Assembly (NCBI GenBank): GCA_016839785.1
Contig: JAEOTQ010000030.1
Location: forward strand, 1-61,316
Source: Candidatus Hodarchaeota archaeon
Lineage (GTDB): Archaea; Asgardarchaeota; Heimdallarchaeia; Hodarchaeales; Hodarchaeaceae
Length of the DNA stretch: 61,316 nucleotides
Reading direction: 5' to 3'
Both the position numbers and the translations under genes were made by a program. Below the pieces are notes generated by a model, which saw only the letters and a program-made list of their open reading frames with translations, was not told the origin of the DNA and ran no database searches. Of this stretch, positions 45,201 to 54,102 are shown one piece after another (the first letter of the stretch is position 1; every line of letters starts with the position of its first letter).

Positions 45201-47553
45201 ATCGATTTTCGTTCCTTCAAGTAATTTTGATGGTGATACTCTTACTGGGATAATGGATAATGATTCAGATAATGATGGGTTACTAGATGGAACTGAAGAA
45301 AGACTTAGTGCCTCGGGGAAATACGGTGGTAGACTCGTGAATGCCACAGACTCAGATACCGATGGCGATGGCCTTAATGATGGAACCGAAGTACAACTTT
45401 ATCAAACTGATCCTACACTCGTCGATACTGATTCTGACATATTGACTGATTTTGAAGAGATAATGGGACAAAATATACTATGGCAAGGTAGTCCAGTTAG
45501 TGTCTATCCAAATCCGAATGATCCTGATAGTGATAATGATGGGTTAACTGACCATGAAGAAGTTATCTTCTGGAATAGCTTCCCTACTGATCCAGATAGT
45601 GATGATGATCAAATCTTCGATGGAGATGAAGTAGTTTATTTCATGACATATGGTGGATTAACACCAGTGGATGATTTTGATTTTGATGGAATAGCAGGTA
45701 TACAAGATGATGACTCTGATAACGACCAGCTATTGGATGGAGAAGAATTATCGCTGGGAACCAACCCCACGTTATCTGATACAGATAATGATATAATGAC
45801 TGATTATGAAGAAGTTCGTGGTTACGGGTTTAATTATATCGATCCTTTTACTGGATCACCAGAACAGCTCCTCTATTTTACCGATCCATTAAATAATGAT
45901 ACTGATGCAGACGGATTATTTGATGGAATTGAAGTAAATGGAATTCCTTATTATTCAGGAGTTGTATATACCGATCCAACAAATATCGATACTGATGGTG
46001 ATGGGCTGATTGATGGATTTGAGGTTAGTGGAATTGATATAATCGTCATGAATAATAATCTAACTGTAATTACAAATCCCATGCACCCAGATACTGACTT
46101 CGATGGGATTAGCGACTTTGAAGAAATCTATAGTTGGAACTGGTATTCTAAACGCACTTATGAGGCGAAAGAGCGTACGGGAGTCATTACTATCGGGAAT
46201 GCAGAAGGGCCTCCTTTACAAGTCCAGGTGACTCGTGCTACCCAATATAGTAGCATCGCAGCACTCAGGGGTGGATATATTACTGATCCGACTGACAATG
46301 ATACTGATGATGATGGTTTAATAGAAGGTACTGAGAAGTATGGAGTAACAAACTATACTTATATTAAATATCCTACTCACGACTATGAAGCTATCTCTAC
46401 TCCTGTGATTACTAACCCTACAAATAATGATACCGATGGTGATGGATTATCTGATGGTTTTGAAGTTAATACTACCAATCCCCATGTTAGCGATACTGAT
46501 CAAGATGGGTTGAGTGATTATGAAGAAATCAATACGTTTCATACCAATCCTAATTCCTATGATACAGATAATGATCTTTTGAACGACAAATATGAGCTTA
46601 TTATCCAATATTATAACTCAACACTTGCCGTCAATAAAACAGATCCTCGAAATTCTGATACTGATAATGACGGTTTACCTGATGGATTTGAAAAATCCAT
46701 TTTACACACTCATCCGCTGAATAACGATTCTGATTTCGATCTTTTAACAGATGGGGACGAAGTAAATAGTTATCAAACAAATCCATTTTTAAACGATACT
46801 GATAATGATGGACTTATTGATTCCCTAGAAGTGAATAGCTATTTTACTGAGCCAACTGAGCCTGATACTGACGCTGATGGAATTTATGATGGAGTAGAAG
46901 TCATCTATTATTCAACTGATCCATTAATTGCTGATGAAAATAGTGATGGGATATTGGATGGGTGGGACTATGATTTTGATAATGATGGTTTATCGGATTA
47001 TGAGGAAACAGTTGTCTATGACACTTTATATTATGAAAGTGATACTGATGACGATGGTTTGATGGATGGGGAAGAACAGAATTACTTTGAACAATGGGGT
47101 GAAGATCCTGCAGGAGATCCAGATAAAGATGGGTTTTCGAGTCTTCATGATAATGATTCTGATGCTGATGGAATTTATGATGCAGATGAATTCGATTTTG
47201 GTACCAATCCCGCTAAAACAGACTCTGATTTCGATGAATTGAGTGATTATGAAGAAATTTTCGTTTTTCTAACTGATCCACTGAAAGCAGATACAGATAA
47301 TGATGGATTGTCTGATTCTGAGGAATTAACAATTGGAACTGATCCTCTGGACTCTGATTCTGATAATGATGGGTGGATAGATGGTGAGGATTCGGAACCG
47401 TTAAATTTCGCTATTCCCAATCTGCTTATTGGACTTGTTGGAATTCCAAGTGTAAGCCTTCTCGCGCTCGCTGTTTTTTTCAGGAAAAGAATCTTCTTCA
47501 AGTCTCAAGATCTATGGAAGAAATTCCGATCGAAAAATGGTTCTGATGCCTGA
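42208..47553 (+). CDS. Giant secreted/anchored protein: N-terminal ~480-aa region (possible caspase/CHAT-like module), then dozens of thrombospondin type-3-like Ca-binding repeats, then a C-terminal TM anchor
   Basis: 1781 aa with a signal peptide. The motif D-x-D-x-DG-(L/I)-x-D-x-x-E recurs from about aa 490 to 1730. The tail reads LLIGLVGIPSVSLLALAVFFRKR. Confidence 0.9.
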   Translation: MNLPYPNAALKKVFFLMIILSISTNHATGALSSNLSTPTINPGIIAYYDPSDSIVQQIVTEFDKIIQPSYSSIKLQPIHSIMELLYQTKKQGYINLYFFHGTEKGMSIADVIVPWSDISIVINESPVNEHIILSCYSNILEPLLKQTKGVMTTEGEKDAKVLLVDALLSVVSILQESNSTVKREAAERVLSSTFDFIQANIADLIVRSLFPIEPMSATAITLPEYSGYAGPVGLIIDAILGAFQGQTLTVGGEYESSVEDSGYGTAEGGVSAAFGLEWSFSLSVLSEDTVAGNVFIAFSTQQSGLTGTLLEALAGVEIAVEGEGDFTLRIITDPVSRVEVIEWHLRIRITLSRTIGLYDLIEKVWPSAKKTVDKLPKKIRGKVKRALNRVKITPYLGGEFEIFSNADGNDEYVIAVFFGVSMNVDIPVVDVGGGIEVELAFHFTSQGNFFVLTLEYGFEIDVPWPFKDKRNKWTRSWQIGPESSNGKQMNTDSDEDGLTDSFEVEIGTDPNKLDSDNDSLPDGVELTEYQTIPTNPDSDNDGLLDGEEVSYFEGKHVDPLGDYDIDGFPHVLDPDSDNDGLLDGEEVKGQNQYGFISNPLKIDTDGDGLTDKEEVDDSLEIIVDGSVRSVHSNPMDYDSDGDFLHDLEEVMMNSDPIMPDTDTDGINDFEEARLFSLYWNQTDTDGDGLSDGEEILGTPVNLYDHNTASYQDVILTSNPHLPDSDGDGLSDFEETSTGSEIVWQGTSLTVFSNPRQIDTDADGLSDYEEVVIGTDLRQTKPDVNDSDNDGLKDSEYLIFGTDPIDDDSDNDTISDGLEVLYWHSKPLKNDSDADRLLDGDEIANFTFFDPSFSPLSNYDGDADTGLLDFDSDGGGVSDGAEVLANNATYTFNLTDPADDKWADSDHDGMPNQWEEKYDLLPFDPIDNTTDDDYDLPDSLSNVEEYQYGTSPRASDTDKDFLNDGEEVLYWKSDPLKKDSDGDGLTDGDEIPYMLSILPSIFVPSSNFDGDTLTGIMDNDSDNDGLLDGTEERLSASGKYGGRLVNATDSDTDGDGLNDGTEVQLYQTDPTLVDTDSDILTDFEEIMGQNILWQGSPVSVYPNPNDPDSDNDGLTDHEEVIFWNSFPTDPDSDDDQIFDGDEVVYFMTYGGLTPVDDFDFDGIAGIQDDDSDNDQLLDGEELSLGTNPTLSDTDNDIMTDYEEVRGYGFNYIDPFTGSPEQLLYFTDPLNNDTDADGLFDGIEVNGIPYYSGVVYTDPTNIDTDGDGLIDGFEVSGIDIIVMNNNLTVITNPMHPDTDFDGISDFEEIYSWNWYSKRTYEAKERTGVITIGNAEGPPLQVQVTRATQYSSIAALRGGYITDPTDNDTDDDGLIEGTEKYGVTNYTYIKYPTHDYEAISTPVITNPTNNDTDGDGLSDGFEVNTTNPHVSDTDQDGLSDYEEINTFHTNPNSYDTDNDLLNDKYELIIQYYNSTLAVNKTDPRNSDTDNDGLPDGFEKSILHTHPLNNDSDFDLLTDGDEVNSYQTNPFLNDTDNDGLIDSLEVNSYFTEPTEPDTDADGIYDGVEVIYYSTDPLIADENSDGILDGWDYDFDNDGLSDYEETVVYDTLYYESDTDDDGLMDGEEQNYFEQWGEDPAGDPDKDGFSSLHDNDSDADGIYDADEFDFGTNPAKTDSDFDELSDYEEIFVFLTDPLKADTDNDGLSDSEELTIGTDPLDSDSDNDGWIDGEDSEPLNFAIPNLLIGLVGIPSVSLLALAVFFRKRIFFKSQDLWKKFRSKNGSDA

Positions 47554-47696
47554 AAAAGTTTTATTAACTTGTTTATGAAGCTGGACATATGATGTATTTA
47601 CATCCCCCCTCTTTGATCAAATTAAGGAAGGATCTAGTTGAATTTATTGGAACGATGCTCCCTTCTGGTTCAGATTAATAACAGTGGAATGTACCT

Positions 47697-48056
47697 TTAT
47701 TTTATTTGTTTCATGGTAAAATAGACTTTTAAGATATTATCGAGAGAATTTCTAAATTCCGAAAAAATACTAGGTTCGATTAAACCTTCTTGGAGATAAC
47801 CTGCATATTCTTCAAAGAATTGAGTTAAAATCACTTTCATAAGGAGATTCAATTTTCGTTTTGTTGCTCGTTGTGGAGTTATAACAATTGCTACAAGGAT
47901 AGGGCGGATAATCTTATAGATTATTAGGTGTTGATCAAGTACTATCTCTTGAATTGCTTCCCCCATGATCCTTTCAGCAAAATTCGCCATTGCAATAAGA
48001 AATCCACTTATCATGTTTGGTTCTGATTCCCCTGAATAGTAGTGATTCGATACCAA
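47697..48056 (-). CDS. Longin/roadblock-like small regulatory-fold protein (probably extends upstream to about 48148)
   Basis: It is paralogous to the cytoplasmic domain of 33447-37835: NMISGFLIAMANFAERI parallels LTAGLTSAVSSLVTEV. The frame stays open 26 codons upstream of the TTG and encodes the missing first strands IRDIYVIHESGLCL. Confidence 0.65.
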   Translation of the reverse strand: MVSNHYYSGESEPNMISGFLIAMANFAERIMGEAIQEIVLDQHLIIYKIIRPILVAIVITPQRATKRKLNLLMKVILTQFFEEYAGYLQEGLIEPSIFSEFRNSLDNILKVYFTMKQIK

Positions 48057-48346
48057 ACATAATCCTGATTCATGAATTACATAGATATCTCGAATCGGAA
48101 GTTTCTTACTGGATTTTTTAGCAGGGATAGGGTGTCAACTCCGACCAATTTTGAGACAATTCCTCCTCAAATGAAGGGGGTCACTCTCAAGTACTACCCA
48201 TATCCTTCTAGTTTATAACGTACCCAGCTATCCAAACGAGACAGCTTTCAGTGATTCACGTCATATAACCTAAGCTCATTACTAAGGCTAATTTCAGCGG
48301 TTTCCTCTTAAAAAAAAAGGGGGTGGAAAAAATCACAATATTTGAT

Positions 48347-48811
48347 TTAAGAAGGAGCTTGTAGATGTATTATATATTCTGTTATTTCTTTGGCAAGTGC
48401 TTCCTTTTTTGAGCGTCTATTGGAAAAGGATGACAAGTACTTTCCATTTCGTGAAATTATTGCATTTTTGACCCGATTTAGTGTTGCTGCTGGGAAAAAA
48501 AGATAGGTTGCGAACCCAATAAATCGTTTTTGGTGCAGATCTTTAGGTAATCCCGTATCAAGCATTTTTCTCACGGCATCTGCTGGTTTCTGCCCAAATA
48601 ATATATAACCGTGTACAGGGGTCCCGATCAATACCAAATCAGCGTCGTGTAGATGTTCTTCCGTTGTTGTAAGAGCATTCTTGACTGTTACAGAATATTT
48701 CTTAAGTTCAAGCTCTTTTTGAAGCATATTAACTACTTTTTTAGTGTTTCCCGACTCAGATGTAAAAACAATTAGTATTTCCAAGTTTTGATCCTCTGGG
48801 ATGACGCTCAT
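48347..48811 (-). CDS. Flavodoxin-like fold protein
   Basis: ILIVFTSESGNTKKV is an FMN-loop-like N-terminus. It overlaps the upstream gene by 4 nt. Confidence 0.55.
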   Translation of the reverse strand: MSVIPEDQNLEILIVFTSESGNTKKVVNMLQKELELKKYSVTVKNALTTTEEHLHDADLVLIGTPVHGYILFGQKPADAVRKMLDTGLPKDLHQKRFIGFATYLFFPAATLNRVKNAIISRNGKYLSSFSNRRSKKEALAKEITEYIIHLQAPS

Positions 48812-49299
48812 TCACACTGTTTTGGAATACGGTTCATACCACCGACTTTAGAGTGGAAATAATGCATATTTATAAATCGTTTTAGTCCTGGAATTTGTCT
48901 GTGCCCCATCATACAGGATGAACCGTAGCTCATTCCATTTTCTTCACAAATTGCTATGCTTTCTTTGGATATCGTTCCTGGCATGAACCAAATTGCAGGT
49001 TTTGGCTCTAAACTTGCAGCTTCTTTCACAACTTCAGTGGTAAGTTCTTTCTTGTGAACTACGATGACGACGTCAACTGGTTCTGGAAGATCCTTTAACG
49101 TAGGGAAAGCAGGTTCTCCTTCTACTGATTCTTTATCCTTAACGACAGGATAGACCTTATTCACACAATACCAAGATTCATCAGACCCTGATTTAAAAAG
49201 GCGCATTCCTTTACTTGATAATCCTCCAGTGAATGTCCCAACAATAGCATATTTCATATCTGTATTAAATCCGTGATCTATTTCGACCATAATATTCAA
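48808..49299 (-). CDS. CoA-binding-domain protein (YccU-like)
   Basis: YAIVGTFTGG...FPTLKDLPEPVDVVIVVHKKE...FMPG is present. Confidence 0.55.
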   Translation of the reverse strand: MNIMVEIDHGFNTDMKYAIVGTFTGGLSSKGMRLFKSGSDESWYCVNKVYPVVKDKESVEGEPAFPTLKDLPEPVDVVIVVHKKELTTEVVKEAASLEPKPAIWFMPGTISKESIAICEENGMSYGSSCMMGHRQIPGLKRFINMHYFHSKVGGMNRIPKQCE

Positions 49300-49627
49300 C
49301 TCGTATTTAAAACTACGAATAATGCAAATTACTGAATGCTTTATATTGTTACAGAAGGTGGAGATTTATATGACACAATTTCTGAATAAATTCAGATTTT
49401 CAAACGTAAATTTGTAGGTTACAATTTATAACAGCATATATTAACTAGAAATTATTTCAATCAGCTCTCTAAAAGGTATCTTCAGAAGTATAAGTATCCC
49501 AATATTTGTTTGAGTTTTAACAATAATAAAAGTTGATAATCAACTTTCTATTCAAGTAGATCGTTTTTTATGGATTTCCGAAATCCCCAAGAGTAGATAT
49601 ATGTACATCCCACTGTTCGTTATTCCT

Positions 49628-50263
49628 ATGAAAAAGATAAGTATAATCGGAATTGGGAATGTGGGACGAGGATTAGGAGAGATCTGGTTGGAAAAAGGCC
49701 ATGAAATACGCTATGATTTACGTAATGAACAGAATCCTGCGTTTCTAAAGTTAAAAGAGAAATACCCTTTTAAAGTCCATGGAAGGCCAGTCAACGAAGT
49801 AAGTGATTATTCAGACATCCTTGTATTAGCCGTTCCGTATTCTAGTATTGAGGAAATAATTCCTCAACTTGGAGACCTTTCGAATAAGATAATTATAGAT
49901 TGTGCTAATCCTGTTCAACCAAAATTGGCAGGGTTGTCAGTAGGTCTTTCCACTTCTGCTGCTGAGGAAATTGCTCGATTAGCTCCCAAAGCTCATGTCG
50001 TCAAAGCGTTTAATAGCGTTGGTATGGGTAATTTGAACAATTTGATCTTCAATGGAATCACTGCTGATGCATTTCTTTGTGGAGATGATGAGCGCTCAAA
50101 AAGTGTTGTTGGAGAGTTAGCTAAGGACCTTGGTTTCAATGTCGTGGATGTTGGACCATTAACTCAAGCACGGTATCTAGAACCATTAGCAATGTTATGG
50201 ATTTCTATGGCTTATCAACAAGGATACGGTCAAGAAATTGCGTTCAAGCTCCTGACTAAATAA
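49628..50263 (+). CDS. NADP oxidoreductase, coenzyme F420-dependent family (NpdG/P5CR-like)
   Basis: MKKISIIGIGNVGRGLG is the Rossmann start and ...ILVLAVPYSS...IIDCANP follows. The ORF track starts 9 codons earlier, at 49601. Confidence 0.7.
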   Translation: MKKISIIGIGNVGRGLGEIWLEKGHEIRYDLRNEQNPAFLKLKEKYPFKVHGRPVNEVSDYSDILVLAVPYSSIEEIIPQLGDLSNKIIIDCANPVQPKLAGLSVGLSTSAAEEIARLAPKAHVVKAFNSVGMGNLNNLIFNGITADAFLCGDDERSKSVVGELAKDLGFNVVDVGPLTQARYLEPLAMLWISMAYQQGYGQEIAFKLLTK

Positions 50264-50319
50264 GATCTAATTGTTGACTTTTACTCCATATTTTTCTCTC
50301 TATGTACTATATTTGAAAT

Positions 50320-51006
50320 TCAAGTGTTGGAAGTAATTTTCAATGCTCCATACCCCTGGATAGAGAATACAATAGCCATGATATAAACGATTAATTTCTG
50401 TCCAACTACTTGAATGAATAATCCTCCAGATGTCTCTGCGGATGGTCCAAAAAATAAAAATACGATATATATTAAGGAAACTCCTGTAAATGCGAGTATC
50501 GTATATAAATAGACACGTGGATAATTTGTTTGCTTATATAAGACTATAGAATATATAACTGACGCGAGGAATATGGCTATAAAACCAATTCTAACGGAGA
50601 GAATATGAAGGTCTAATAACAAATCTGCTGGGGTAAAACCGACTCCAATGAACCCGAGGGCACCAAGAATCCCGAAAAGGGAGCCGATTTGAGATAGTCG
50701 ATAAGTTGAATCATTATCTTTGAATAAATTAATCCATGCTGCATAGAATAAGATCATAGCAATTCCTATCGTAATAATAGACAACGTAAATAGAAACCAC
50801 GAGATTGTATTCGGATCACCTGAATGTGCCACAGTTCGCCCTAAATCACTAAAAAAATTATTTAAAAATGAATAACCTGCGACATCAGGATTATTGTATG
50901 TACCTCCCGCATACATGAGCATAGCTACTAATGTTAGAATGATATATGTACCTGCTCCAATAAATACAAGCATAAATGAGCTACGCCGCCAATTTTGTAT
51001 ATTCAT
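50320..51006 (-). CDS. Polytopic membrane protein (DUF998-like)
   Basis: 228 aa with about 6 TM helices. Confidence 0.55.
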   Translation of the reverse strand: MNIQNWRRSSFMLVFIGAGTYIILTLVAMLMYAGGTYNNPDVAGYSFLNNFFSDLGRTVAHSGDPNTISWFLFTLSIITIGIAMILFYAAWINLFKDNDSTYRLSQIGSLFGILGALGFIGVGFTPADLLLDLHILSVRIGFIAIFLASVIYSIVLYKQTNYPRVYLYTILAFTGVSLIYIVFLFFGPSAETSGGLFIQVVGQKLIVYIMAIVFSIQGYGALKITSNT

Positions 51007-51106
51007 ATTATCTCACCTAGTATTTATACTACAAAATCAAAAATCGATGAATAAATCGGGAGAGCTCACTCCTAAGATAAAAAGCTTTCGATCTTGCTAG
51101 GTCAAT

Positions 51107-51664
51107 CTATTCATCTATACATTCTTCACGCGCAAAAACAAAAGTCTTCTCAATCAATGTATAAAATACAACAATTATAACGGTTATATCAAATAGAATC
51201 AATGCTGGTTCTAATAAATGAAAAATTATGACCAACATTATCACGTAGACATGATCATGTGAGACGGGTTGAACCTCCTCAAATAACCAGCTAGAATAAA
51301 TGGAGATAACAGAAAGGAACCCAAGGAATCCAAGTGCAACAGCTATTAGAAACCAGACGTCAAAACCAAATAATTCTGACTTAGTTGAAGTTATGTTGAA
51401 GCCTATAGCCATCCAAAAGAATATCCCTTTTCCTCCCTCGAGAAAGAAATCTAACCATTCACCTGTTTTACTGCAGACTCCTCTTTTCCGAGCAAGTTGT
51501 CCATCTACACAATCCATAATTGCAGAAATCCAATAGATAATGCTAGCCAGAATCAACCAACCCATATCATTACCTGCCACGGCTAAAATTACCCCGCTTA
51601 AAACGGCAAGAAGAAACCCCAACCAAGTTACTCTGTTGGGAGTAATGAACGAAAAACTATCCAA
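51107..51664 (-). CDS. CDP-alcohol phosphatidyltransferase-family membrane enzyme (5' end uncertain)
   Basis: It carries the DCVDGQLARKRG...G..LD signature. The track uses a TTG start, but the frame stays open 76 codons further upstream (see findings). Confidence 0.75.
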   Translation of the reverse strand: MDSFSFITPNRVTWLGFLLAVLSGVILAVAGNDMGWLILASIIYWISAIMDCVDGQLARKRGVCSKTGEWLDFFLEGGKGIFFWMAIGFNITSTKSELFGFDVWFLIAVALGFLGFLSVISIYSSWLFEEVQPVSHDHVYVIMLVIIFHLLEPALILFDITVIIVVFYTLIEKTFVFAREECIDE

Positions 51665-52169
51665 AACATTGACGATTTGTATGGAAATATTACGATGTAT
51701 TCGAAGAGTAAAACCTTCTTTTTTGAAGGCGTAACGCCCACCTTTTTCTTCATTAGGTTTTCCTCGAATTAATTTAGAAGTTAGGTTTCTAAGACTATAA
51801 TCTGTCCTTTTTTCCCCATAGTATTTTCCTTCACTAATGCTGATATGAAGAACTAATATCGTTATTGATACTGATGAACCGATGAGTTTTTTTCACTTAT
51901 TCAAAGGATAATCAAATCTACTAATTTTATGCAGACATTATTAAGACTAAAGATAACATTTTCCGTTTTCTGATATGATTTAGGTATATTCGGCTTCATG
52001 AAACAGAAGAAATTCCCTTTTAAAAGGTCACACCTTGTGTCAATTAATGAAATCAAGTAAATTTACATAGCCTTCAATTAAACTTTACAGTAATTACATA
52101 TATTGAGAAAGATCCATCTCTAGATTTGTGCTTCTTCATTCTTAACTACAATTATAATTTGTTTTCAGA

Positions 52170-52757
52170 TCATAATTTTTTTGCTTTCAAAAAATACCAG
52201 AACTGATTATTGATTTCGATCTCTACTGTAAATCCTAATTTTGCTAAAAGAGTAGAAACTTGATCTACTGTGCGATCTTCAGTGACACGTCGTTTACCGT
52301 ATGCTGTTCCAATTTCTTCGCCACCAGGAGTAATAACTCGTAGGGGAATAATGAACGGACCCACATCATAGGAAATCACAGCATCCCAGATCCAGAGTTC
52401 CCCATTGTTCTGTATTATTCGGTAACTCTCCTGAAAAACACTTTCTAATACCTTTCCAGTCATATACATTCCGCTAAAGAAAGCAGTGGCATTATTAAAG
52501 TGTGAATCTGAAAATTCGAGGTTCGACGCATCCGCTAGGATCCACGTTGCTTCTGGAGCATGGGGTTTCGCTTCATCAATTTCTGATTGCAATTTATCAA
52601 TCGCGGTAACATTCATTCTCCCAATTTGGGCTATTATTCCTTCACCACCTCCACCAATATCCACGATAGATCCAGTAGGAATAGCCTGTATATTAATAGT
52701 CTGTCTAGGATATTTAAAGAATTCTTCAAGATTATTAGCAATCTTCATGATGAGCAA
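52170..52757 (-). CDS. Class I SAM-dependent methyltransferase
   Basis: IVDIGGGGEGII is the motif I signature. Confidence 0.65.
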   Translation of the reverse strand: MLIMKIANNLEEFFKYPRQTINIQAIPTGSIVDIGGGGEGIIAQIGRMNVTAIDKLQSEIDEAKPHAPEATWILADASNLEFSDSHFNNATAFFSGMYMTGKVLESVFQESYRIIQNNGELWIWDAVISYDVGPFIIPLRVITPGGEEIGTAYGKRRVTEDRTVDQVSTLLAKLGFTVEIEINNQFWYFLKAKKL

Positions 52758-52906
52758 GGAGACATACTGGCCACGATATTTATTTTTCCTTCTCAGAAAA
52801 TGCTAATACTCAACAATGAAATGCATTTGTTAGAATCATGAATAATCAGTGAAAAATAAAAAAAAAAGAGATAAGAGGACAAGATATCAAGTAGCGTCCA
52901 AAAAAT

Positions 52907-53110
52907 TTATTTTGTGGCTGCTAGTATAACATCTGACTCTTTTACGGTTTTTCGTCCATTGTGACGTGCAATTTCAACTGAGTATTTGGCTAAATTCATA
53001 CCATATTCAGTTAAAATCTCATTCAATCGGTTAATTGCACCCGCGGAAACACGGAAGGCACCGGCGGTACGAATGAGTTTTTCTACACGTGCTCGTGCAA
53101 ATCCAGTCAT
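52907..53110 (-). CDS. Archaeal histone (HMf family)
   Basis: The sequence is MTGFARARVEKLIRTAGAFRVSAGAINRLNEILTEYGMNLAKYSVEIARHNGRKTVKESDVILAA. I prefer the ATG at 53110 because AGGTGA lies 6 nt upstream. The track starts at GTG 53119. Confidence 0.9.
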   Translation of the reverse strand: MTGFARARVEKLIRTAGAFRVSAGAINRLNEILTEYGMNLAKYSVEIARHNGRKTVKESDVILAATK

Positions 53111-53455
53111 ATTTTTCACCTTTTCTCGATATTAAGTTCTACTGAGCCATTTGATGGACTCAGTGATTACGATAATCCTCTATATGTTTATAAGTTTTAT
53201 TCTACAACAATGCACGTTCTAGATATATCGATGTTACATTTTGCATTCAGATTGATATTGCTAGCTATGAAAAATACATTTTCACAATCTTCAAGCTAAA
53301 CTAGATTATGTATTATGTAATCATTGAAGATAGATACTCTATTCAAATATGAATTGAAAAAGACGATTACTTTACCTAATGCTTCTATTCTCCATGAGAA
53401 ATAGATCAGAAAATATTTACGGGTCACTTAGAAAAAGAGGGGGAAGAGAGAGTTT

Positions 53456-53905
53456 TCATGCTCTCTTTCTTCTCGAGATAATAGGGATTGAGATAATTAC
53501 TCCCAAGATGTTGATAAACTCCCATCCAGGTGAGAGACTTGGAATGGTGGTATCATCAGGCTTTTCTTCTGTGATTGACTCTATAAGCTCAAACTTGAAT
53601 ATCGATATCTCAGAACCTTCCGGAGAAATAGATCCAGAAATTAATTCAAGCTGTTCAAGTACACCTGTTTGTTTGTTCCACAGAAATTCGAGAACTCCGT
53701 CATCAGAAATACCATCTTCGGTATAATTCCAGGATAGTCGATAATAATCACTTTCTTCAAATAAATAGGTATTCTCAAACATTTTGAAGTCTGTTAAATT
53801 CCCATGAATAGGTAGAAAAATGAAATTATTGATCCCATTTCCTATATATTCGTCGGTATTTTTGTGTACTTCAACTTCTATACCCCATTCAACAAAATCA
53901 ATCAC
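53456..53905 (-). CDS. Hypothetical protein with C-terminal TM anchor and basic tail
   Basis: The tail reads SLSPGWEFINILGVIISIPIISRRKRA. It has a GTG start and no clear signal peptide. Confidence 0.45.
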   Translation of the reverse strand: MIDFVEWGIEVEVHKNTDEYIGNGINNFIFLPIHGNLTDFKMFENTYLFEESDYYRLSWNYTEDGISDDGVLEFLWNKQTGVLEQLELISGSISPEGSEISIFKFELIESITEEKPDDTTIPSLSPGWEFINILGVIISIPIISRRKRA

Positions 53906-54102
53906 TTTCAGTTTTAGCTGATCTCCCCGAGCTAAAAAGAGTGGTAAATTTTCTTCTATATCTGTTCTGAAAATTATATGATTATTGAACCCAGTTCATA
54001 AAAAAGTACCTAGTGAAATTAATCGTCTGTAATGTAGTCTTGTGATTGAAAACTGGAATCAGTTCGAAAGATAGTTGAGACACTTAGAATGAAGAAGAAA
54101 AT

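Noticed and set aside
48160-48346. A relatively GC-richer intergenic stretch between the longin-like and flavodoxin-like genes, considered as a possible tRNA or ncRNA
   Set aside because: I could not fold a cloverleaf or find T-loop (GTTCRAATC) or C/D-box (RUGAUGA...CUGA) signatures by eye. A covariance-model scan would be needed.
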